Of a DNA stretch of 64,000 bases, positions 40,621 to 53,900 are shown piece after piece. The stretch's first letter is position 1, and each line of letters starts with the position of its first letter. This DNA is from a virus (Duplodnaviria; Caudoviricetes). Location of the stretch: positions 19,933 through 83,932 of IMG/VR virus record IMGVR_UViG_3300028833_000121, one strand, 5' to 3'. The notes beneath the pieces are model-generated. The model made no database searches, was not told where the DNA came from, and was given only the letters and a program-made list of their open reading frames with translations. The translations under genes and the position numbers were made by a program.

Positions 40621-43600
40621 TTACTCCTCAACATACAAGCAATAATATCCATTATTTACTGCATATTTTAACATTTCATTTCCATTTGTTACTATCATAC
40701 TATTCTTATTAGTGACTATAGCGGCATCATTAATAATTTCATTAGTTAAAATTTCTACATTTGCATTACTGCTAGCTATTTTAACGCCGTTAACACCATT
40801 ATTTAACTGGATATAACTTAATCCATCTTCTAAATAATTCTATCTTAAAATAGTAGTACCAGTATTAATATTAGTAACATTAACACCAATCTAACCACCA
40901 TTAAAATTAATAAAAGGTACGACCTAACTATCGTAATAAAAACCATTGTCTGAAAGAACTAAAGTTAAAATATCATTAGTTTCACCACTTTCTTCATCAA
41001 TATTTCCTATCTACTTATAAAAACCAATACCACCTTTTGTATTATCAGTATTATAAATTTTTAAAGTGGGCTCATTTGTAGCAGAATTATTGCCCCAAAT
41101 AATAGGAGCCTTTATAATAGTATTAGTAATTAATGAATCACTAATTACACTACCTTTAAATTCGCCACTTCGCGCGAAAACATTACCTTTATCAGTAACA
41201 ATAAAGGGAGATGTTCTAATCTACCCATCCTCAGTGCCATTCGCGCCACCCCAAAAGATAATATTATCATCTGTGTATATAACTGGTTGCTCGCCAGTAG
41301 AAATTCCAGCACTCCAATCATTATAATTAAAAGAAATGGTGCGCTGAGTATTAATACCTGCATAATTATTATTACTACCACTATTACCAGCTGTTGTTAA
41401 GCTGCCGCGTAAAAATACATTATCAGCATATAAACCATAACCGATGCCTTCTGGCGCGCCACTCAAATCACCAAGTAATAATCTAATATTATAATCAATA
41501 TCACCGGTATCACTTTTATTAATTAAATTAGTGAATTCTTCCATCACTAACGCACGTGGCGGCAATACCATATTATTATCATCAGAATTTATACCAATTA
41601 ATAAATCCGTCTACGCGCCATACCCAAAAATAGTAGCAGTATTATATTTATCTTTCTAAGTTAAAACTGTACTATAATCAGTATTGCATAAATAAACATC
41701 TATGATATTATTATTTTTACTAGTTATTTTTCCATAGCGAGTATCATCACCTGATAAACCTATAATTATATCTTTTCCAGTTTCACTATCAGGAATATAG
41801 TTTTTACTATCATTATTTAAAGTAATTTTTAATGTATTGGCAGTAGAAGTAGTCTCGATATTTTCTATTTCAAAAGTGGGCTTAAATATAAAAGTACCGC
41901 CCATTGCCCTAGTTTTTTCAGTTACAAAACTTGCTGCATTAATAGTAGAAGCATTTATAACACTAGAAGTTATTGACCCACTAAAATCACCATCTGTCGC
42001 ATGAATTGTTCCACTAAATTCTCCATCATGCGCGATTATTTTCCCAAAATCGGCCACAACTCCATTCTAAGTATCCTATATTGACCAATTATTACCAATA
42101 ACATTTCCTTCATTAGTGAGAGTAAAATAATTAGTATTGCCATTTACTAAAGTAAGTACATTACCATTATTCTCATTTGGATTTAATAATTTTAAATTTC
42201 CTACCGTGACTGAACCACTTACTTGCGCGCCGTTACCTATATCTATATTCTTTACAGTAATACTAGATTCTTTAACAACTCCATTTTCTGTATAGCTAGA
42301 ATTTAATATTAAATCATTAGAAGAAATAGAATGCTCACTAATTTCAAAACCACCAATATTACCATTATTAGAAGTTATAGTGCCACTAAATTCTCCATCG
42401 GTTGCATGAATAGTGCCGCTAAATACGCCGTCACCATTCATATATAAACGTCCAGTATTCTCATCAATAAAAAATACATCTGTATAATTATTATTACTGC
42501 CAGTTTGAATTTTAAAACCACCGTTAGTAACTGTTAGACCCTCTAAATCAAATCTTAACCCAGTATTTTCTATAGCAGCAGTAATATCTGCCGCATTAAC
42601 AGAAAATTTAACCATCTATTCATTTAAACCATTTTTAATTTGAATGTATTTTTCAGCATTTAAAATAGAAGCATCTAATTGATGAACCTAAATAAAAATA
42701 ATTATATCTTCACTACTAAAAGATTCAAAAAATAGTTTTAAATTAGTAATAACATCAGCAACAATAAAATCAGTATCATTTATTTTACTATTTAAACTTC
42801 CATCATATAAGTCTAAATATAAGTTCTAAAAGTTAAAATAATAATAATATTCATCATCTGTATTTAATTTATTGTATAAATATCGTTCATAATAAGCAGG
42901 TTTTATAATTTCATTTAATTTATAACTACTTATTTGAACCTATATTGTAAAATATGTATTTCTAATATAATACTATGTAGATGAACTATATACAGTGCTA
43001 TTAGTACATTGTACATAATCATTCTAATTATTTTTATAATAATATAAGGTTTTGTTCGCATTAAAAGTAGTTGAATCAATATTGACCTTGCTATATTCTA
43101 CTATAGGAATATTAGATAATTCAATTAAATCATATCCACCGATCTACAATTCTGAAGAAGGCGCGAAGCTATAAGTAATGGTATTTGAGTTCTATGAATT
43201 ACTATTAAACTTTAGTATTTCTTCATAATTAGTATGAATAGTAAATTTCCCAGCATCTTCTCCATCTTCACCGTCTTTAGCATACATACTTATAATATGT
43301 GGCGTTGTATCACTAGTTGTATTATCAGTATACAATGTATGCTCATAATTCCATAAATATTTATCTGTCTAATCTATTGTTGGAATACTTCCAGGCGGAC
43401 AAGCAATCCAATCCTAAGAACTTGTAGATGGCGCGGCTGTAGTACTAGTTTTTGCATAATAATTTGTTACAGCACTAATACCCTTTCCATCTTGGCCAGG
43501 GCTACCTGGCGCACTATATGTACCAATTATGCGTTTACTAGTTTCACTATGTGTAGAATCAGAATAAGTAATATATTCATAATTCCATAAATATGGATTA

Positions 43601-44409
43601 CTGGCAGTAGGAACTACAACACTAGTACTCCAAGTTCCAGTCGGTGCTATAGTACTAGAATTACCAGCTTTATAATATTCAGTTATTGTACTAATTTCTT
43701 TTCCATTTGTACCGTCTTCAATTGTAATACTAGTACCATCACTAAAATTAACTGTGGTAGCAGTTCCAGAATGAGAAGTACTTGTAATTGTAACACTAGT
43801 TCCATCAGCACCATCTTCAACTAATTTAGTTGGAGTCACAAAAGTAATAGAAGTACTTGGATTATTTCTATCAATTATTGCCGCACTACTTACATAACAT
43901 GGATCATTACCACTAGGAATATATGTATTCCAACCCTAAGTATATCCAGTTAAAACGCCAGTTTCAAAATTATAACTAGTAGCAGTAGGCGTATCTTGTT
44001 GACCAAGTGCGGTTGAACTTCTTTTATATAAAAATATTGTAGCCTGATTATATCCATTAAGACCTGGCTAGCCATCCCCACCATCTTCGACTAATTTACG
44101 AATTGTCCAGTCATCATGATCAATTTCATCAGTAGATTGGTTACTAATCGCGATAGTAACTGCAACAAAGCAAGGCTACCCATTATCCGGTGGAAATGTT
44201 TGACTCCAACTTCCAATACTACCAGTCTTAAAAGTACCAGTTGCAAAATCATATATTAATCCATCAGCGGGTGCCGATGGCGCGCTATCATCACGAACAT
44301 ATAAATATATAGTAGCCTAATTATAGCCATTAAGTCCAGGTGTACCAGGAGTGCCATTCTAGACTTTTGTAATATCTACTTGACTACTTGATAAATTTAC
44401 AACACTCAT
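40621..44409 (-). CDS. Tail fibre or baseplate protein with collagen-like DGxDG linkers (1262 aa)
   Basis: All four track fragments share one frame; KLVEDGxDG, YYA...APxxTWST and DGxFSGTIHATDG repeats. Confidence 0.75.
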
Positions 44410-44423
44410 TTTATTTTACTCCT

Positions 44424-47400
44424 TTAAGAACCTGTATTATCAACATCTAACCCATCAACATCTACACTGGCTGTAAAATAAAACTTAAGACTATCCCAAG
44501 CTCCAATAATAGAAGGATTTACTAAATCTAAAGAAAAAGAATTAGTAGTCGCGCCAGTTAACTAAGTAAAATTACCAGTATTATTTTTTTGATAATACCA
44601 CACCCAATTTGTACCAGTTATTTCTTCTGTACTTGCACCGCCAACAGTCATATAAATATGTCCAGTAATAGTTGTCGCACTTGTACCAGAAGGCAAATTA
44701 TCTATATTAATTACATTGCCAAGAGAACTATTAATAGCATAAGTATAAGAAATACCTGGTGCACCATCTTCACCATCATGCCCAGGCGCGCCATCTTCAC
44801 CATCAACAACATAAGATAACGTAATTCTATCACTATAAACAATTTCAGTAGTTAAATTTTCATCTACAAATACTTTGACTTTCAAATAAGTTATTCCATT
44901 ATTAAAATCAGCAGAATTAAAAGTATACGTATAAGAATTACCTGTCGCACCAAGTATTTGATGACTATCTATTTGATTAATATTATTATATAAATACCAC
45001 TTATAAGTTATAGTACCGGTTAATCCATGAGTGACATTAAAAGTCATACTTGCAGGTGTCGCACTACTGCCATTATATTTAAATTCCGTATTTCCTGGCT
45101 AAATTCTAACCCCAACAGTTTCCTAAATACCATCTACTGTCATATTACCAATCTAACCACTAGTAGCATTAATATAACCTTCAATACTGACTCCAGAAGC
45201 TTTTAAGGTACCATCTGAATAAACAATAAATTTTTCCTAATTATTATTATCGTTAACATTAATTACTTTATAACGATTAGCACCAGGAGTAGTATCGACT
45301 TCTCCAACACCAATATAAATAGTATTTGTTTGAGTTGGAGTTCCTATTCGCATAGAATCTAAAAGCCATAAAGTGCCATCAGATTGTGTAAGAACAGTAG
45401 GAATTGGCTAATTATATTCATCTAGTTCTTGCTTATAAAGCGCAAGTCCAAAAATCTCTTCCCCGCTCGTACTGTCCTCTCCTATAAGGCCAAATTTACC
45501 ACGTAATATATCAGTATTAGTATTATTTTCTATTACTGTCTAATAGACCGCGAAATCTTCCGTAGGACTAACTCGTACAAAACCGTCCCTATGTTGCGCA
45601 CGCATAAATAAGCCGTTCCAAGTTAAGGCAAATGCTGCACTATTCTCTATATCTTCTAAACTATCTATATCAGGATTAAGTAATCCATTAACTCCATACA
45701 AACCAAAACGGCTATAATTTACAAACCTAGTTGGATCATAACTTAATATATTGCCCTAGCTATCAGTAGTAAAACCGTAAGCATTTAAACCACTACTATC
45801 CCATCTAAAAGTAGGATATGCACCAGACATAATATTGATATTATCTGCGTCAATAACACCAGCAGTTAAATAATTAGTATTAATACCATATCCACTAATA
45901 GCAACTCCCCAAGTCTAGCCACCATCAGCACTGACCAAAAGACCAGCGCTGGCTAAACGAGTTATCTATAAAGGATCGCCTAAATTAACCGCCTAAAGAC
46001 CAGTATCATCCCAAGTAATAGACTAATCTCTAGAATTAGTAATAACATAAGAACTATTAGCTAAAGTCTTTTGCATTACAGTCTGACTTACTTCACCATT
46101 TGAGGTCACAGCTACAGCCGCTCGCCCATATTCACCACTATGATATTCAAGGGTTTGTGTCGCCGCGGTAATGCGCTAAAACAAATCTTCAAAGTGAGAT
46201 TTATAATTCTAAACTTTTAACTAATTTTTATCTGGTTCATCAAGATATAAACTTTCTTCAGTAACTACAACCTATTCTCTTACAGGTGTTTTAAGGCCAT
46301 TTATTATCTAATACCCAAAAAATTCTATATCTTCGACATAAGTTTTATGCCCTATATCAAATTTATAAAGTTCATAATCTTCAAGCTGGCTTAAATCTAT
46401 TACACTAAAATTATAACTTACTTTCGGATATGCAGACTAATATAATACTGCTAAAGAATCAAGATAATACAAATCATCATCCATATAGTTATCATCTGTC
46501 CATGAACCTTCTTGTATATATCTTGCATACTTTACATTGAATTCTTTTTCTACTTCATCTGTAGCATTAGCGATAGTTTTAAGCTAATCCTAAATACTAT
46601 CATATTGCGCCTGAGTTGTTTCTAAATCCGCGCCATAATGCTCCATTTCTTCTTGCGCCTAAGTTTTATTAGCTTCTTGCGTTGTTATTTTTTCTAAAGT
46701 AGAAATGGTAAAATTATCATCAATATAATCTTCATCACCCAAGTCTGGAATACGCCTACGTGCAGCACCATAAATATAAACTTCGTCAGTAGAACTCGTA
46801 CCAGTAAAAGTTAATTTTGTTGTAGTGGCCGCAGTCTAAAAATAAGTTCCTGTAGTACCTCGCGCGCTAACCTATTCATAATATTCAGCTGTATCTCTAA
46901 ATTTGCTAGAAGCAAATAACACAAATTTGCTACCAGAAATATAATAATAAGTTTTTCCACTCTATGGGGTAACATCAGAAGTATGTATTACATAAAGTAA
47001 ATTTCCACTATCTGGGGCAATAGTTAAATTTGCACTACCAGCTTTAATATAATAAATCTCATTACCATAAGAAGGAACATTAGCATTCCCTTCAACTCGC
47101 CCAATCTAATTATAGAAATCTTCATATCTATAATGCGTATATTGATAAATAGTTCCGCTTTGCGGATCTTTCATTCGCTATAATTCTTTTTCTGCTGCGT
47201 TATATTCTAATACCGCAACCTAATATTTAGAATTTAAATCATCAATAGAATTCGCAAGAGGAGCCGCAGAATCAATTAAACTATTTCGTTCTTTATTTAA
47301 ACGCGAAAGCCTCGGATATAACCCAATACTTCCATTAATCTCTAAATATAAATCATTATTTAAAGTAGACTAATCAATAATGCCATGAGAAGTAAAATAA

Positions 47401-49694
47401 TCAAAATTATAAGCGAAGTTTTCTTTTATTGGATTATCTACCGCTCGCGCTATAGAACAAAAACCATTTTCAGCCTAATCACAAGTATTATCTTTTACAA
47501 TAATCTTCGTAACTATCTATTCACTATCTAAAGTACGATTATTATCTTTTAAATTAATACCATACTTAAATCCCGCATAGTTATCAACTAAAATCTCTTT
47601 ATAGAAAATTACTTTCTTTACTTGGCGCCGACGTGATACTTTCTAATAATACTTTTGCCCTTTTATAGCCTCTTGCTCAGTAGGTGCAACGTACTATTTA
47701 TTATACCAATCATAAATATAGTACCCAGTAGTGCTCACGCCCTCTGCAAGATTAACCAAATCGTAATAGTCAAACTCTTCTATTGAGATACGTCCGTTTG
47801 TCTCATGCTCAACCTCAAACCTAACCCAACATTCAAAAGTTTCACTTAATTCCTAAAGTAAATTAAATCTATTTGATTCTTTAGCTGTAATACTACGAAC
47901 TTTCTCAAATTCGCTTTCTCCAGTCCCATATAATGGAGTATAAAGAGATGGGTCTTCTTCACTAAAAATATAATCTTCCGGAATTAACTTGCCTATATTT
48001 TGCGCGGGGTCATAAAAATGATATTTAGTTTCAATACGTATATCCGGCAAATTCTCTACTGGATCATCTGGCGCAACAATCACGCCATTTTTACCCACAA
48101 TATATTTATAAAACTAAACATCTTTAATATAATATTTAGTATCACTGCCAACTTTTAAACTAAAGAATACGCCAACCGTATCTTTAAGTTCGCGCCATGT
48201 GGCAGAATTTAGACACTCCATATCTAAAATAGTATAGTCATCACTATCTACACTTATTGCAGTAGAATTATCATTAGAATTAAAATAAATTACATCTTCT
48301 GCTGGGGTATCAACATCAACTAATTTATATTTCTTAACAATACAGTTAAAAGGCAAATTACTTCCTGTCAAAGGAGTAAAACTATTTCCATTAACAGTTC
48401 CAACCTTAATACGTAACCTATATTTTTCTCCTTTAGTAAAAACATTAATACGTGAATAATTCTAAACAATACCCTCATTCATAAGGCGTGCATCAGTATT
48501 GCCGAACTAAGCAACTAAATAGCCCGCACGTTCTAAATCTGTATTACTAACTTTTACACTAGGAAATACTTCCGCTTTAATAGACTTACTACTACTATTA
48601 CCATAAATTCCCCAGTAAGAAGTACCCGCAAAATTAGTAGAATTATAAATATAGTTCTAAACAGTTGTGGTATCAATATAATCAGTAGTAGTATACCCAT
48701 AATACTCTGTATTATTTCTAGTATATTTTAAAACAGTCTATTCTAATACTGGGTCATAAGTAGATAGCTATTTTCTAATGTATCTTAAACCTCTATACTA
48801 CGCGACAGTAGGATTGCCGATAGCAAAATTAGGTCTTTCATTAGTCCAAGTTACATTAGATACATATAAATCATAAGTTCTTGTATCATTACAATAAATA
48901 GTAATCTTATCTTCTAATAAGTCCGGCATTAAAGTCCCTGTATCGCCATTTACATATATAAACTAGAAGTAATCTTTTTCCTAATTCATATAAGGAGTAT
49001 AATATACATATATACGCGCGCCAATTGGTATATCACTGCCAAAGTTAGTGCCATCTAATTTCTTAGCAGTAGTAATTGCGCTGGTTAATACTAAGCTATA
49101 TAACGCTTCTTCATTAGTCTATTGAATTATCTCTTGCCCTTCTTGCGCAAGCTACCAGTCAGAACCCTACAGGACTGATGCGCCTAATTCCTGCACCGTT
49201 CCCATATTATTCTCTAACTCAGTATCCAGTTCAATATTAAATCCAGTTTTACCTAATTCATTAGCCGCAAGACCAGTGCAAGTATAGGAATATTTATAAT
49301 CCCTACCCTTCTCGTCATCTTTCTTAACGATAAAATCATACCACTAATCTTCGTAATATAACTTAACTTTCCTCTCGTCAATAACTAAATCAATTAAAGG
49401 ATTCCGCACCAATTCCCCACTTTCAATATCCTCATACTGATAATACATATCAAAAGTTAAAGTTTCCGTGCCATTTATGTTCTTCTTAAAAACTGGATTT
49501 ACCGCCCGCGCGGGTGATGTCATAACATCCGAACCAATCGTTGCAAGTCGTGCTTCATCGTAATACTAATAATCTACACTAGATAAATCTGCCAAATTAG
49601 AAGTAGGCGAAGTTTTACCTTCTATTGGTGTACCTACATACATAAGTACATCTTTCCAGATACTTATTTCATAAGGTTTTTTAACTATATTCAT
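44424..49694 (-). CDS. Tal-like baseplate hub / tail tip protein (1756 aa)
   Basis: Three track fragments and a spot check share one frame; N-terminal prophage-tail-like domain, ITWDDTGL...INTNYLTAGVIDA; follows Dit. Confidence 0.7.
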
Positions 49695-49709
49695 AATTCT
49701 TACCTCATA

Positions 49710-50807
49710 TTAGAAGTAAAGATAATCATACTCTAAATTTGCTATTCCACTGTATGCCGCAGAAAATATAGGAGTAAAATACCAAGTTTTATTAGTCTCA
49801 TTCATCGGTATTCTAAACCAGTGCCCGCTTTGAATAAACTCATTATATAAATTCATCGTCCGCGCGCCCTGTGCGTCTAACCCCTCAATCAAATTAGTAC
49901 GCGAATTAAATAATAACTAAGTATCATTACCTTTTGCTGTAACTGCATTTAAGAGTAAAGTATAACTACTTAAATCATTTGTTCCATCGGTAATTTTTAT
50001 TCCAGTTATACCAGAATTAATAGGTATTATAAATTTAAAATCCGCCTCTAAATCACCAGGATTATACGTTTTGAAGCTTCCACCAGTAAAATTATCATAT
50101 GTGTCCTAACTACTTAATAATCCTGCACCATAATTCCATTCGTTTTTATTATTATATTTATACCAAGAAGGACCATTACTACCTAACTTATAATATGTTT
50201 TTGTACTATCATAGGCATCCTAGCTTGTACACTATACATATTCTCCATCAACAACAACATAATAATTTGTTTCATGCCCACTATATTGTTCTGATGTTAT
50301 TGTAACTTGATAATACTGTCCATTAACCATCCAAGTATCTAAATATTTATACTAATTTGGACAATGCGCGAATGGCTCATAACAAATAAAAGTAATAGTA
50401 CCTTCTCCTTTATAAATACGCGGTTTCGTAGCTTTATCCTCGTCATAGTTATTAAAAGGAACATAATTATATTGAGGCGTTCCGCTTACTTTCGCATAGT
50501 ATACTTTATATGGTTCCTCATCAAATACTAACGGATGAGATTTCTTATCTCCAAATACTTTGCGCGTGAGTCTAATCTAATCCTCACCTACATTATCAAA
50601 TGCAACATTTAATGTAATAGGTCTTTGTGTATAATAACTGCCAAAAAAATAAGTGCCATCATTACCGGGAACCTAAACGGTTTTATCTTGAATTGTAGGA
50701 AGTAATGCATCTGCATATCTGTCAGATGAACTTACATGTACAATCCCCAAATCGGTAGAATGGACACCATTATATGAAAAAGATATAAAATCACCCTTAA
50801 TAGGCAT
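49710..50807 (-). CDS. Distal tail protein (Dit)
   Basis: FSYNGVHSTDLGI...V(TAG)VPGNDGTYFFG...FDEEPYKVY; directly after the tape measure gene. Confidence 0.75.
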
Positions 50808-50863
50808 ATGTCATTCCTCCTTTATCGCTTTATATCTATTTGTCGCTTTAACTCTATAAATAA

Positions 50864-50886
50864 AGTAGGGTTTTTAAAACCCTACT
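50864..50886 (-). terminator. Hairpin after the tape measure gene
   Basis: AGTAGGGTTTT-t-AAAACCCTACT with a T-rich tail on the minus strand. Confidence 0.6.
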
Positions 50887-50908
50887 CTATTTATTTCGTT
50901 ATTTAAAT

Positions 50909-53900
50909 TTATCGAAGTCGAGAAAGAGTATTTACATTACGATAAGCGCCATCTTGCGCGATTCGAGCTTTAATGCGGTCAATTGCACGGTCCACATCAT
51001 AGTCACTACTCATCTAATCAACATTTACGGAAATATTATAATAATTATCTCCACCAGTTAAGGAAAGGCCTCCATTCTTACGCATATCCGCAAGTACGTC
51101 TTTTAACTCAATAAAATTTTGTGTATCACGTGCGTTAAGAACGAGTTCTGGATTTGAGGCTGTACCATCAAGCCAAGCTGGGCCAGCTTGAGTATTAAGA
51201 CCACCAGAGGCATAGCGAAGCATTACTCTACCACCCCCACCGCCACCAAGAGTACCGCCACCGGAAGTACTACTTAGTGTTGTAGAAATTTGTTTAGTTC
51301 TGCCGCAAACTGAGCATCTTCTAATATTAGATGGTGCTCCTGGTACATATCCCCAATCATGCATTCCTTGGCTATCTCTCTCTTCGCTTAATTTACCATC
51401 GTAAAAAACTTTATGCCAATGCCATGTTTCATCACTAGTCCAACTAGATTCTACTGTTCTCTTAGGCATCTTAGGGACCCCTTGACCGGAAGTTCCTGTA
51501 GTCGGACTAGAAGTACCCGTGATTGGTTTAGAAGTACCCACAGTTGGCTTCGGTGCAGCTTTTGCTTCTCCAGAAGTTTCAAAGGTCCTATAAGCTCCGT
51601 GATAATCCTAGAATACATCTTTATAAGTTATTGTAGACCCATCGCTATTAGTAACAACTACGTTACCATTCTTATCTACTTTCCCTGTTAAAGTCTATCC
51701 ATTTGCATTAGTAAAACTAATTGAAGTTCCTTCTTTAGTTCCAATATCTTCTAACTATCTCTGCATTTCAAGATAAGCAATACCTTGAGCAACCTAATCC
51801 ATTAAATCGTTAACCCAATTTAATTTTTGCTCTTCAGAAAGTTTATCCCAAGGTTCAGCAGACATTAAAAGTCGTTCTAATTCGCTCTATTTAACTAATG
51901 CGCCAATAGCATCAGTACCTTCACTAATATATTGATATACTGTATCCCAAAAAGCACCAGACTTCTCTTGCCAATCAAGAGATCTTTGCATTAAATCAAT
52001 CTATTCTTGACGTTGTTCTTGCGCCTAATCATTTTGCTATTGAAGTTCACTAATCTTCTAGTCAATTAACGTATCAGTATAATTTTGACGTTCATCTGCG
52101 AGTTCTTCTTGTAACTTTGCAATTTCAAGAGCATTCGCATTAGAAGAATCCTATTGTAAATAAGCTAGACGCTTTTCCTTGTCTGTTAATCCTTCTTCTG
52201 TTTTTGCATTATCTCTTTGTTGCCGCTGCATAGACAAAGTTTCTTGCATTGAATCAAATAATTTTTGATTCGTATCATTTATTGCCTTATCTACATCCTA
52301 AAGTTCATCTATTTTATCTTGAATTTGTTTAATTAAAGCATCACGGACTCGTTCTTCTAAAGTATTGTACTAATCCTTCCCGCGCTCTCTAATATCTTGA
52401 ATAGTATCTTCTATTTCTTCTAACTATTCAATCATATCATCATATTTAGATTGAAAATCTTCAAGTTTAGAAAGATAATCTTTTACCTTTCCACCCTCAT
52501 CTTTATCAGTTATAGAAGTTACTAGATCCCAATCAATTTCAATAGTTAAATCTTCATTATTCCACCAAGCATATTTTTGATATTCTTGATTAGCAGCAAC
52601 TTCATCTATAATTTGCTATTTGCGTTTTTCTGCGAGGTCTGCGACTATTTTAGAACGTTCTTCTAAAAGTTTTAACTAACGATTTAAATTATCATAAATC
52701 TCTTTACCAGTTTTCCCTTCAGTTTTAAGAAGTTGGTTGTAGTCTTTTTCTAGAAGATTGCGTAGACGAAGAAGCTCATTAATATCCTCGACCATATTAT
52801 AATATTTATCGAGGTCCATATTAAACTCTTCAAGTTTCTCTTTATCTTGGTCACTACCGGAACCCTTACCATTGTTATCGCCAGGTGACCAAATAGTACT
52901 TGATGTAACTGTAGTCTCTACTCCAGCTGCCGTAATTTTTCCTCCCTTCGCAAGAGAGGGGGTAACACCACGATTAATTATATCTTTAGTTTCGTCTGCA
53001 GGAAATACCTAATCACCAGGTACTAAATTAGCAAATTCCGGTCCATGTTTACCAACAAGATAAGCATAACCACCATTTTTATTCCATACAAGCTCAGGAC
53101 CTTCTTCACCAGTAAGTGCTACACCAGGTTTTACACGCCGCGCACCGGATGCATAAGATACAATACCACCTGCAGCTGACCCGGGGCTACTCCAATCATT
53201 ATTTGGATATTCTCTACCAGCTTTATTACTTCCTGAAGTATTACCTCCAGTTTTGTAGACTTCAGTAATTGTAACTGTTTTACTAGCATCTGTAGATAAA
53301 CTAGCTTGTAACTGACCTGCGTATGTAATTGCGTCGTTTATGGCACTATAATCAAGAGTAACTTTATTTTCAGTTTTTATAGTTTCTATTAATTCGTCAG
53401 CAGCTTTTTTTGCATCCTCTAAATCTCCAACTAAAACTGCAGCATTTAAACTATTAGCATTATCCTATATTGTCTATATTACTGTTTCAAGTTCTTCTAT
53501 ATTTTTAACAGTTACATCTGTTGTTTTTGAATCAAAAGATATTTGACCATTCTCTTCTTTAAGAACCTAATAACTAATTGGAACAGTTATTCCTTCAGAA
53601 CCAATAAACTAATTAATCCAATCTTCAGCACTTATAGAACCATTTTGAACTTCAGGTACTATTTCTTTAACGTTAGCTTTTAAAGTTCCAATATCAAATT
53701 GGCCATCTTTAATACCTAAACTATTTATAATTTCTTTTGCAGTTTCACCATATTTACCGCTTTCTTTTATTTCTTTAAATGATTCTGATATATCTCTTAC
53801 AACTTTTTCTGCTAATTCTTTAAACTATAGATTACTTCCATATTTCTCATTATAGGCATCTAAAACCTACTATGGAGTAATTCCTAAACCATCTGCTATA

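Noticed and set aside
458-44409. Diversity-generating retroelement suggested by the Mtd_N domains
   Set aside because: No reverse transcriptase and no template/variable repeat pair differing at adenines was seen; Mtd_N alone does not imply a DGR.
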